Assembly: GCA_051294905.1 (NCBI GenBank)
Contig: CM119375.1
Location: forward strand, 7,130,001-7,194,000
Reading direction: 5' to 3'
Origin: Botryllus schlosseri
Taxonomy: Eukaryota
DNA length: 64,000 bases
The notes below the pieces were generated by a model. The model saw only the letters and a program-made list of their open reading frames with translations. It was not told where the DNA came from and made no database searches. Each line of letters begins with the position of its first letter. Within the stretch, counting starts at the first letter, position 1. The translations under genes were made by a program, and so were the position numbers. Of this stretch, positions 51,924-63,095 are shown piece by piece.

Positions 51924-54900
51924 TAGTAAGACCTTGTATTTCTACTTAATTACAAGTAGAAGCAGCGATTTCGGAGTTGAGTTCAAGTATTTAATCGGGG
52001 GTAGCCACTTTCGAAAGTAGTTTTGCCAAACAACTTTGCAAGTAGCAGTGGAAGTACTTTAAAAACATAACCACTCGCGTAAGTAGTGCATGCAGGGACA
52101 ACCTACTTGAGTAATCACTTATAGTAGAAGGGCTTCATTACGGATCACCGCTAGTGTATGTGATATGATATCATACGACTGCGTATGCCTGACTGACAGA
52201 ACAATTTATATAATGCATGTCTAATTTTCCATGGTTCAATCGACCATCGCATAAATGCCGCTCAATTTTATAGGTACGACTTCCCGGACGCGGGAATGTC
52301 AAAATGGTAAAGTTAACATGCCGGGTTGCCAGGGTCCACCAATTGAGAGTAAAGCTTGTATGATATCGCCCGGCTTTTGGACACTGTGGTCGGAATGGTC
52401 AATATGCTCGGTAAGACTTTTTGAAACTGATGAAACTTTTCACCATGCAAGTTTTCTTGCGTTTGGCTCCGATACCGTATGAAGGTCATCAGCGTCGTGA
52501 TGATAAAGTTGAGAAGTTGATACATTACAATTTTGGGGAATACGATAGACTGAATAGATGTATGCCGTAAACCTATGCTGTATATGCTGTATGCTGCTAT
52601 CACAGATTATGCTGCTTTCACAGAAAATCTTTGATTGATTGATATCATTGCCTTTACCATTATATTTCAATCTCCTTTATATACGGAACACTCTATGACA
52701 ATTGTTGCTCAATGTATTGTCTGGTAACAGTGAAACAATTATATTGATTCGATGAACTTTTCATCGTACAGGCTACGTGCGGAGGAGGCATTCAAAGCCG
52801 CAGGCGAAGTCATACCTGTGGACTTGATGACGAAACCGAAACGAATCTCTGCAACACGTATCAAGGTAAACGCTTAGCTTAAATTTGACCTCAGATGATA
52901 TGTACTTTCAGCAGCGGTTGTCGTCAAATCGAACCATTGTGACTCTGTATTGATAAATGCAAACATGCACTGAGGTTAATGCATTCTGAACCTACTGAGA
53001 TATTGAATAAACCATATCGTACTCATTGTTATTAATATTAGATGTAACATATATCGGTGTCCAATGTCCATAAAAATCTATAAATATCGACCACTAAATT
53101 TGACTTGTTTTCAACAGCTAATCAGGATGATTAGTGCTTACAGTGATCAATGTCGTGTTTCAAGCTGGCGTGGCGCTATAATGGATTTGATGAAAGCCTA
53201 TATGGCTATATATGCCAATCACCGAGGCATTTTGTTTATCAATAAATTATCACTGAACTTCACAGTCGTACTTTATAAATTATTATTGTTGTTAGCATTC
53301 GCCAATTTCGTTGTTTTGACATCCTAATCCTAATAAGAGCCTACCTATGACTTATGACCTATTAATATATCGCTGGAATTCTCATCAGTAACCCGATGCT
53401 TCCATAGGCGATTGGACAAACTGGGAAAGCTGGACGGAGTGTAGCGCCAGTTGCGGTGGTGGTTTCAAAAGGCGGTCCCGCGGCCACTCGTGCCAAGACT
53501 CTCGCGACTCTGAAGTCGTGCAATGCAACACGGACCCGGGATTTTACTTCTTCTGGTCTGAATGGAGCGTGTGCTCTCAAACGTGCGGGGGTGGACTCCA
53601 TTCAAGGGTACGTGTACACGTAGGCGTAGTCAGCGCGGACGGGGAACTAAATTTTATCCTGCGAGCTACAATTGTGCATGTGCATTTTGTCATCGGATCA
53701 GATCTATAATATATGAGTGAAGTACGCCTATTTCAGCCTTTGACGGAGATGGTCAGTAAGTACGACCTTACCTCAACTTTTCCGAAGTACTCATCTAGGT
53801 TTTGCTTATAATCGCACTATTTACTCTACGTGTTTAGACTACTTCCACTTCTAGTTGAACAGTTTATTAAGCTTTATATCCTGAAAAGTAGAAAGCAGTT
53901 TTCTGAAGAGTTTTTTTATGAGTGGAATTGTCATGAGGACCACGTTAATAAGCCCTCATTTTACGGCGACTGAATATATTTTCGAAGATAGTACCATATT
54001 TCAATATAAATATACTATTCAATTGTATATTGAAGTTCTGTACCTCCAAGAAGCACTTTTATTTGAGTAGCAACGCTGGCTACCCCTGGCGTGCGAAGCC
54101 GATCGTTTTATGCGATGATTGTTGTAGACGCGAAAACATTCTTGCGGCTTGGACGACCAATCGGAAACGGAAGAATGCAACACGTCTCCCGGGTTTTGGG
54201 TGTCTTGGGACTCGTGGTCGGTCTGCACCGTAACGTGTGGCGGCGGACTCGCGTCGAGAAGACGAACCCATACTTGCGGACAGGAAGATCAGTGGGAACC
54301 GATGGTGGGTAGCCCAGTGATGTTGATGCGTGGTGATTTTGTATCTGTTGACTTGGTGGTGTGTGATAGCCTACTTTGTACCAAAGGGGGTTAGTAACGA
54401 AATACTTCTACTTATGCGGAGTACTCAAGTATAGAATCCGCGTACGTGTGATATTTTATCAAGTGGTTATGTTTTACGGTACTTCCACTTCTACTTGAAC
54501 AGTTTATTTACCTTCTAAACCCTGGACTTCGAAAACAAGAAAGTACACTCTTAGCGAAAAAAGTGTGTATGCACACCCATGTAACACTCGTGAGATAGGG
54601 GTGCGAATATACACCCGTGGTACTCGAAACCAAAACCTTCCTCAGACTTACACACCAAGGTATAAATCAAGCACAACAAATTATGCTTGCACATAGTGAC
54701 ATAGGACATGTACACTGTACAGTACACGTAGGCAGATAGGATTTAAAACCGCTATCTATTTCTCCGAGTTAAGTGCTGTTATCGTGTACCTCTTTTTGGG
54801 TGTGAGAACACATACTCTTTTCGCGAAAATGGGATGTAGTTTGGCGACAATTTTGCACCACTTTTGCAAGTGATATAATCACGAGAATAGCATAAAATAG

Positions 54901-57900
54901 CTGCTGTATATACTATCCGAATATGACCTCGAAGATTATACCAATATGTGTAATGCCATCACTCACTAGTCATGTTGTGATAGTCTCCGACGTAAATTTT
55001 GCAAATACGAAAGCAGCGACCGTCGTTTAACTGCTAAGGTATGTGAATGTCGACTGGATCTACTTTCTGAAACTACCTATACTTGAGTACTTTTTCATAT
55101 TCCGATTTCACTTCAAGAATCTGCGTCATGTCTCGGAAATATCGATATATGAATACTAGCCAGCCTTCAGGATTACCGGATCACGACCTAACATATCGAT
55201 CTGGCCTTCCGCCACATGTCACCTCATTTTGTCGCTTGCCTTTTATATTATCCGCTTTACTTTTCATTCAGTGTACACTGTACATGCTTCTTCTCTACTT
55301 CGCCTAGGCCAAGGTGGGCATCTGATTTCAAAGACTACTCCAAGTCGCTTCGACACCTTCCTATCTTTTCATTGTATCGCAGTTTTGGGGTGTTTTGAAA
55401 TGATGAAAATATTAATAAACCGATAATGATATCTACTCATATACTTGTAATTGAGTAGAAATTCAGGTCTTAACTTCGTGTTCTACTTGTGTACCAACTC
55501 TTACTACTTCGACCACTTCTGCTGATGACCCAATATTACAGTGGTCGGGAACCTATGGCTCGCTCTTTTGGGCATGAGATATGGCTGTTTGCGAAATTTT
55601 TACTTTTGTGCTCATTTTATCAATAGTGCAGTATCTTGTTATTAAATCTCCAGCACGAGCAATATAATTATTTTTGTGGCAGTATAAACATTTCTTTGAG
55701 AGGTTAATGTAGTGACGTGTTGAGGGTTAAGGGCTCGGACCCCCTTTTCAAAATCCTCAAAATTTAAGTTTCTGTCGCGCCGGCGACCATAATATCACTC
55801 GCAAACTCGATGTAGTCGGTACGAAATCTTGAATTGCACGATGCATTCATTGATCAAAGAGACTAGGAGACAGGACGTCGCCTGTAACAGAATGCAGTTT
55901 TCAAATATACATTGTCTTTCTCATCTCCGGTGGGAAATATACTGCCGTGGAATCACAATTACAAATTCAAATTACAAACAACTCCATAGCTGTCCACGTT
56001 CTTGGTTGATAACGTAGCTTTGTAGTCGCTTTTAAAATGTATGTGTGTTGTGAAAATGTTACCGCCGAATACTTTGAGACTTGAGAAGCCGAATCGGAAT
56101 CAGTGAGATAATTACGTTCCTATAATATCAGTTACTATACATTCTATGATATTTACGATGAATTACGCTATCACAATGCCTCAACCTCTGTTTCAAACTT
56201 CGAACTCCCCTGACCCCACGCCACCGACGCATCACAAATGGGTATGTTATCAACCATACTAAAAAGACATCAGGAATACCATGCAACACCAAAAGACTCA
56301 TTGATGCGGGGGGGCATAGCGTAGTGGTGACCATAATCGCCTACAAATATAGCGGAGCAGGTTCGATTCCCGTCGGAGGTTCATCTGGGCTCCTCTTACC
56401 CCGCCGTTGCCGTTCTCACGGCGACAAAAAAGCCCAGAAAAAGACCTGACGAAAGAAAAGCACTAACAAGGAATGGAAAGAACTAGTAGAAAGGGCCGCG
56501 GCTTCAAAAAAAGATCAACATCGAAAAGAACTGTGACATCGGGCACTCTAGGCCGAGGTGGATGTTAGATTAAAAGGATCGCTACTGATGCGTGTCGTTC
56601 GACATCCTTCTATCTGTTCATGACATGGCATTGTACATTGTGTGTGACTTGATCAGATGAAAAATATAACTCAACGATTATTATAACTGTAAAAGGCGTG
56701 TTAAAAGTAGATTCATAGTTTTATTGTTGTCTACGTCTGTTAGAAATCTAAATGTTATTCGTCTTAAGCTTCGAAAAATACCATATGCCTCTCAGTAGTG
56801 CAATATAATTAAAATATATTACTTGCAAAAAATCTATGTAGCTCAAGTTTTGCATACTCGTTATTCAAATAAGGCAACCAGCACGATTAGTACGAGTTGT
56901 TACTGAGAAAATACGGTGCAAACGACGAATCCCATGTAGTGATGTCGAATTTGCGCTACCATCACGTCACGATTTTTTAATTGTGACGTAGTAGTTAATT
57001 GTTATGTATGGCTCTTTGGGAGGTAAAATGGAAAATATACGGTCAATATGGCTCTTCGGGCGAAAAAGGTTCCCGACCACTGCAATATTAGCCTTAGGAA
57101 TTCGATTGCACGACTGTTAAATGTTGATGTACAACGTTTTCTGAAATCTATTCTAACCGCTAACGATTGGCCTACCCCTGGCAGTGTCAGCCGAAATATT
57201 CGGGTATTTCAATATGAATCTACGATTTAAAAGTGTATTGAAGTTCTGTAGCCTACATCCGAGAGTCGCTGCTATTCAACAACTATATGAAGCTTGACTG
57301 GGATGTTTCAATGGTATTGTCACTTTTCTGCAGAGTTGCAGTGAAAATGAATGTGAGTACTGGTCGGGTTGGACCGCGTGGAGTCGCTGCTCCGCGACGT
57401 GCTTCGACGGCGTTCAGGTTAGGACACGGGAATGTATCGGCGGGGTCCCGGGAATGCCGGGCTGCATAGGCGACAGATTTGAAAATATCGTGTGCTTTGC
57501 CGGAAACGGCACGTACTCGGAGTGGAGCGAATTTTCGTCGTGCTCGAAAACATGTAAAGGAGGAGAGATGTCGAGGTGGGATATGTTGAATCGGCTTAGA
57601 ATACTTGCTCCCTAAATACTCGGAAATCGCTACTTGTACTTGTACTTGAGTACGTTACTTCTACTCCTACCGGAGTACCAACGATAACCTATTTGACCAG
57701 CTCTGCATATATGTTATATAAACGGGTGTGCAAACAATTGATAACATACAGACATATAGTTATAGTTCACACACCACTTTAAAGGTTCCGAACACACTCA
57801 TGTGGATTGGACGCGCAAATTCAATCCGTGCCATGCAACACGGACGCCGGTACCTACGGGCTTTGGCGAGAATGGTCCGAATGCAGCGTAACGTGCGGCG

Positions 57901-60900
57901 GAGGCTTTCACACGCGATATCGATCTCACAGCTGCGGAGAGCAGGACCAGGTTGTCACGGAGCCTTGTAATACAGACGAAGGTAGGAAGTATATAAATAA
58001 GCTCCTCCTCGCCTTGTGATCCAAGCGCCAAATAATCCTGTCCTTGCCAAACCAGCCCAGCGGTATACACATACCACCCCGAATATACGCAAGGAACAAT
58101 ATCATTGAACGAATTCATTTAATATATTTGCTAAGTTTTCCCGCTGCGTATGGCTAGACCATTAATGCACGCTGAGTTTTCATGACATAATTGTTATTGA
58201 TTTTGATGCGTATAGTAAGATAAGTCTTGTTTTCACCGTTACCTAATCCGGCTCGCTCCTATCGGACGACTAACAAAATGCGATAAACATTCAAGTGGCC
58301 CGCGCATTGCTTCGTAAATTTTATGTGGCCCTTTGGCCGAAAAGGTTGACCACCCCTGATTCCTCATCTGGTGACTTGTAGTAGGTTACGACCCATTTTC
58401 CTTCTATGCTTTTCCAAGACACCACTTACGGTAAGTGGTGTCTTGCAAAAGCATAGAAGGAAAATGGGTCGTAGGCTACTACAAGTCACCAGATGAGGAA
58501 TCATGATAACAAATATGGCCTGGTGCAAAATATGATCACTGTGGTCAAACTCTATCAATACCCAAACAAAAACAATAAGGTAGAACAGATACGTAATTGC
58601 CTATCCGGAATTGCATCTCACTTTGTATTAGTAAGGGAAACATATGAAGATCTGTTTTGGAATTGTTATCAATAAATTTCTTCATCAATACGTTTGTAAA
58701 GATGTGCCATTACTATATGGGGTTCGTCTACATAAATGAGTACTCCGCAGCTACGGTGCCTACTCGTGTGGCGTCCTTTTCGACTATTTCTACTCCTAGG
58801 ACCTTTGAAATAAGATCACAAACTCTATAAAGCATAGTTTATGAACCGTTACTGTGTGGCATTGTGGGATCATATCAATATCGTGCGTCTTCTTGATGTG
58901 GTTTACGAAAACATACCCCACACAACCCTGAAATACAATTAGAATTGTTGTATTTGACTCGTATTCATCCGTTGGATTGACGGATGAATACAGCAGCAGT
59001 TTATTACCAGAAAGTACAATTAACTTGATTTCCACCCTAAGCCATGGCGGAAATAGGCGGAATACCCGGTTTGCGTTTTCAGTTTACAGTGACCACCTGT
59101 GTCACCGACTGTCATAATATTGCGTACTTACTTATAGAATAGAGTAATAAACAATTGAATAGTATATTCATATTGAAATAAACCCGAAAATTTTCAGCTG
59201 ACACTCGTCAGGAGTAGGCCTAATCGTCAGCAAGTAGTGAGTGACAGCCGAAAATATTTGATTCCAATATGAATATATGTACAGTACATTAAAGTTCTGT
59301 ACTCCAGGAGTCTCTTCGAAAAAACTGGTTATCAATTTTATCTCATATCGATAACTCCTATAATGTTTGAAAGGATTTTACATGGAATGGGACCAATGGT
59401 CTCCGTGCACAAGGAGTTGTGGCGGCGGAACGCGGTCAAGATCTCGGATGCACTCGTGCAACAAACCGGTGGACGTGACGAGAGAGAAATGCAACACGAT
59501 GCCGTGCGCCTACTGGGGCGGCTGGACGAATTACGGGCCCTGCAGCGCGTCCTGCGGTATCGGAACTAGAGTATGTCATCATGCGCCGTGCCCGAAATTT
59601 CAAAGCAAACATGGTATCTTGCCGTATTGTAGATTCGAGATCGCGAATGTATTGGCGGCATACCCGGGGAACCACTGTGCTTTGGACCGCCCGAACAGAC
59701 CGAAGAATGTGACGCAGGTATGCAATGAGCATGGAATATCCGCGTGTAAGAACGCGCGTTTATCTGTATGGTATGGAATCGTCTGGCATAAGTAATTGGC
59801 GTACATATCATTATTGGTTCTAAATTTCTTAAAAGAAAAGTATGATAACGAAAATCATTATATACTTGGATTGGGATGGTGCTCACGTTCGGCTCACGTT
59901 CGTGTTCGTCGTGGAAACCTCGATATTTCGTGTTAGCAAACAAACCTTGGGAGTTTACACAAAAATGTAATCATTGTGCATCTTTGATCGAAATTCCCTG
60001 AATCGTAACTTGCTCTCACTCTCTGAATGTCGGTGACTGCACAAAAACAATATGATCACGAATCTAAAATACATCTAGCATAGTCGAAAATATTGTTGAT
60101 TTTCGTAAATTTGGATATAGCTTTAAGTTGTTGATTGGCGAAGTCGCACCAGTAAAACATTTCCTTTGACAAACCGCACAGGTCCGTGCTGTGATTGGGA
60201 TTGGAGCACCTGGAGTGCATGCTGTACCAGGCCGAAAGAAGACGGGTCCGGAGATGAAAACATTCAAATCCGATTGAGAGGAAACGATTGCGGGCTGGAA
60301 TTCGAAACCGTTCAGCGACGCTGCCCGCCAAACGAACCTCCGGTAGCTGCCTGGTAAGTCTACGAATTGAACAAAATATTTTATTTATGGCATAGGCAGA
60401 CCAATACGTAAGTGGGCAAAGTAGTCAGCATTGTTACTCAAGGAGACGTAGAGGTATTACCATAAATTTATAAAGTATCGGCATGCTAAAATTATTCCTA
60501 GGAGAAGAAAAAGTGAAATGAGATGCATGAAAAGTAATTAGATAAGTAGTTTCGTAGATTTGGTCAAGTATAAGTCAATAGGAGATTGGCTTCTTTCCAA
60601 ATTGCAAGATGAATCGTAGTAAAATCCCAAATTTGCTGATATGACACTTCAAATAGAGTAGTTTTCGAAACTAGATGCTGTTACCAATACACATGGGCTA
60701 TTCTCACGGCTGTTATGATAATTTCACTCAAAAAAGTCATGCAATCATTCCAAAAACTACTTTCTACTTCAAAAAAGCCGAAGTGTATAAAGTGAGTAGC
60801 TTTAAGTAAACAAATGTCGAGTAGACGTGGAGGTAGTCTTAAAACATGTCCCTTTGAGTAAGTGCTGAGAGTATAGACTAAACCAATTAGAGTACTCATG

Positions 60901-61153
60901 AAAAGTAGAAGTACTTCGTTACTGAGCTTAATCTGGACCTATAGTAATACAACACATACCACATATACTGTTTGGTATGCGAAATGCGTCTTGATAAGAC
61001 TAATCAATACTCAGGATATCTAGATCAATACTATCAGCTTTAAGCAACAGTCGTAGCGTACGGAGCTACGTGATCTTGCGTAATCCCCCATTAACTCATG
61101 CCATCCATATTTTCAGCACTGACGAAAGGAAGATCTGGAATCCGATTTACTAA
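36059..61153 (+). CDS. Secreted trefoil + 29 thrombospondin type-1 repeat protein, 1572 aa (coadhesin/hemicentin-like annotation expected, not a true orthologue)
   Basis: 28 exons, all GT-AG, phases consistent, 4719 nt: 36059-36409, 38637-38805, 38902-39057, 39120-39255, 39734-39870, 41285-41406, 42168-42281, 43400-43475, 43540-43690, 44426-44664, 44731-44831, 44888-45002, 45942-46126, 47439-47701, 48574-48781, 49374-49676, 51371-51533, 51600-51791, 52274-52410, 52772-52865, 53408-53607, 54128-54304, 57334-57575, 57785-57981, 59374-59570, 59633-59717, 60182-60353, 61117-61153. Signal peptide TITIVFSALLCFYL; trefoil CRDIRKKRVLC..GNISEADCVARGCCFDESAS|KPNCY; repeated WxxWxxCSxTCxGG..R.R. Terminal exon (CTDERKIWNPIY*) is less certain. 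An AG 7 nt before the ATG may be a cis or SL trans-splice acceptor. Confidence 0.93.
37430..38150. repeat. GCAACTTTT-rich degenerate foldback/MITE in intron 1
   Basis: Many gcaacttttt / gcaagttttt units in imperfect arrangement. Confidence 0.5.
42640..43190 (+). mobile_element. Family E MITE in TSR-gene intron 7
   Basis: tagagatggtcaaagtagcc start; agtagaagtag motifs. Confidence 0.7.
43768..44240. mobile_element. GGAGTCGGAGTC-type hAT MITE in intron 9
   Basis: CAGGGCTGTGGA left end, inverted gactcc/ggagtc clusters, decayed right end. Confidence 0.6.
45119..45868 (-). mobile_element. Family E MITE in intron 12 (with internal insertion)
   Basis: gaggtggtcagtggtgaagtacttctac start; ttttaccgcccctg end. 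Confidence 0.7.
50330..50606 (+). mobile_element. Family E MITE fragment in intron 16
   Basis: Ends ttcgttacttaccacctctg. Confidence 0.65.
50896..51295. mobile_element. Charlie-like hAT MITE, 400 bp
   Basis: TIR CAGTGGTTC / GAACCACTG, GGGGGCGA subterminal motifs. Perfect TSD GTATAGAG, resembling the NTCTAGAN Charlie target. Confidence 0.9.
51891..51927 (+). repeat. (TAG)n microsatellite
   Basis: atagtagtagtagtagtagtagtagtagtagtatag. Confidence 0.9.
53746..53900 (-). mobile_element. Family E MITE fragment in intron 21
   Basis: gagatggtcagtaagtacg...tacttccacttctagttgaacagttta. Confidence 0.6.
54389..55521 (-). mobile_element. Family E MITE in intron 22, split by later insertions
   Basis: ggttagtaacgaaatacttctac start, tacttcgaccacttctg end. 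Contains the 54545-54832 element. Confidence 0.55.
54545..54832. mobile_element. MITE with about 34-bp imperfect TIRs
   Basis: cactcttagcgaaaaaagtgtgtatgcacaccca versus tgggtgtgagaacacatactcttttcgcgaaaatg. Confidence 0.6.
56309..56600 (+). mobile_element. tRNA-derived SINE
   Basis: A box TAGCGTAGTGG (56317-56327), B box GGTTCGATTCC (56360-56370), no pairing acceptor stem. Body shares 18 nt with 31999-32016. Confidence 0.65.
57590..57705 (-). mobile_element. Family E MITE end in intron 23
   Basis: tacttgtacttgagta...ctatttgaccagctctg. Confidence 0.55.
60410..60935 (+). mobile_element. Family E MITE in intron 27
   Basis: gggcaaagtagtc start; agtagaagtacttcgttactga end. Confidence 0.6.
61012..61023. 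mobile_element. 12-bp half-hairpin micro-insertion CAGGATATCTAG
   Basis: Flanked by 9-bp direct repeat atcaatact (61003-61011 and 61024-61032). Matches one arm of the 7139 hairpin minus one G. Confidence 0.5.
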
Positions 61154-61552
61154 CTCTCATAGTTCATTCCATCACTGAGTCTCTGCAGAAGTTATTCAAG
61201 AAATGTCGCGCATTTCGCCGCATCATGCAGTATAGGCTTGGCGCGCGTTCATTTTTCGATAATACTGATTTTGTGGACACGCAGCGATAGTACTTTTTTT
61301 CATTTACGGGTTGACCGTTTTATATTCGCCAAGATTACTGTACAGTGCTGTTCATCATTTCATCTTTATTAGTGAAATATCAACGCGTCCAACTTGCAGG
61401 TTGCGCAATTCCAGTTAGTTAGGATATTAGCACCTACCTACGCGACTACATGTTACGTTCGGGGTCGGAAATTGCTCAAGACTTTACTATCCCTCGTGGT
61501 AAAACGAAGTTACTATTCGTGCGCATTTAGTTGCGGTGACAGTGGGTAATAG

Positions 61553-62108
61553 CAAGGTTGTAACGAAGTCACAAGTCAATTTTACGTCTACAGTTATGAC
61601 TCGAGCCAAGTCGAGTCATTTTCACTTCACCGCCGAGTCAAGTTCGAGTCCAAGTCAGGGATCAAGTCCGAGTCATAGTGTTGAGACTCTATTCCAAGTC
61701 CAAGTCATAGAATTCACTGTTCTTTATTGAGATCAAGACGGGGTTTAATGCACGTTTGTGAAAGTCTACTATTTATGCACCTGTCCTACAAGTATCATTC
61801 CTGAAACACGAGAATTGACTCAAAGTAATATGTACATTTTAATAATAATATATTCGTATCATAAATATATTAAAACCCGAAGCTTTTCGGGCTGGCAATC
61901 TTCAGGGACAATCGTCAGCAAATAGAGAATGTAATATCACTAGTCACACGACTTGGTCGGGTCATGCGAGATGACTCGAGTACAAGTCGAGTCAATACGC
62001 AAATCGGCTTAAGTCGGATCCTGCAATTTTCCATTTTTTAAGAAAACGACTCGAGTCAACGGAAAAGTGTGACTCGATTCTGACTGGAGTCATTACAACG
62101 CAACCCTG
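61553..62108. mobile_element. GAGTCAAGTC-type hAT MITE (relative of 11146)
   Basis: caaggttgtaac...caaccctg ends, gactcgagtc clusters. No TSD. Confidence 0.65.
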
Positions 62109-62149
62109 GTGTGTATTGTTTTTCAACCAGTGTCAGTGGTCTGACCATA

Positions 62150-62301
62150 CACAGACAGCCTGTTATGCAACAATTTCCTGTCTGTACTGCTGCAGTGTGT
62201 TCTTCAACGGCGCGTTCTCGAATGTACGCGGACTCGTTAAAATCATCGAATAACTTTTTACGTTTAAAACAACTAAAAACGCGGAAAAGACAGCTTTTCA
62301 T
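62150..62301 (-). CDS. Possible first coding exon of a small unknown gene (MKSCLFRVFSCFKRKKLFDDFNESAYIRERAVEEH...)
   Basis: ATG-initiated protein-like frame with Cys plus a basic cluster and possible GT donors near 62150-62146. No downstream exon confirmed. Confidence 0.25.
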
Positions 62302-63095
62302 ACAACTCGGATCGTCAAAGTCGACAAGGGATAAAACGGATCACTGATAACACGAAGTGAACAGTGAGCAGTGAGCACGTTCAGTGAGGACAATCAATTA
62401 AGTGATTAGCAGATTCACGTAACTAGTTCGCTGTACAGCTAATCGAAAACAAAATGAACGGAAGCCTATATATTTGTTGACATGCGCGAGCTTAAATGGA
62501 TGGTTCGCAAATACCTATCTCTCCCTCGCAGTTTAGAGAGAACACATATTCAAAACAAGGGCTAAGATTACAAAGGAGTATACTTATATTCACACAGGCA
62601 CAGTATGTGTAGCGTATTCACGTAACCATGGCGCATCGAGCGTAAAATACGGTTTCCACTACTACACTTGCCTGTGATTTAGTGTTGTGAATACCCTTGC
62701 GATCTGCGCATGCAGTCTCATACAGAAAGCGAAAGTAGGCCTGCTACAAGCTGGCAAATCACGAATCATAATAAGAAATATCGGCCTGGTGTAAATGATC
62801 ATTCGAAAGACCATGAATACCAAACGACAACAACAACCATTGCGGAACTTTAGGCAATGTTTGAAACATAACCGCATTGATGTTAAATAAAAGTGTTTAT
62901 AGGCAATGGAACATAATTTAATTCATCAGTCATACATTGAAACATATAACCAACGTAACCGTATTGAAATATAACAAAAGTATAAAATCCTCCAATATAA
63001 CGGCACTCGAGCGGCGAATCGATTGCGGCGTATCGTCATAGCGCTGCATTGCGACTTCGAAAAAACCACGCCACGTCTGACATGCGTAACGAGCG

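Noticed and set aside
56309-56385. Functional tRNA gene
   Set aside because: A and B boxes are present but the acceptor stem does not pair and no clear anticodon arm forms; treated as a SINE head.
44222-59943. Numerous alternative-frame and antisense ORFs over TSR exons
   Set aside because: By-products of GC-rich Cys/Trp/Gly codons in the real exons.
62717-62855. Plus-strand exon after gcatgcag as an alternative last exon of the TSR gene
   Set aside because: No Cys/TSR character; the nearer 61117 exon already closes the frame with a pairing Cys.
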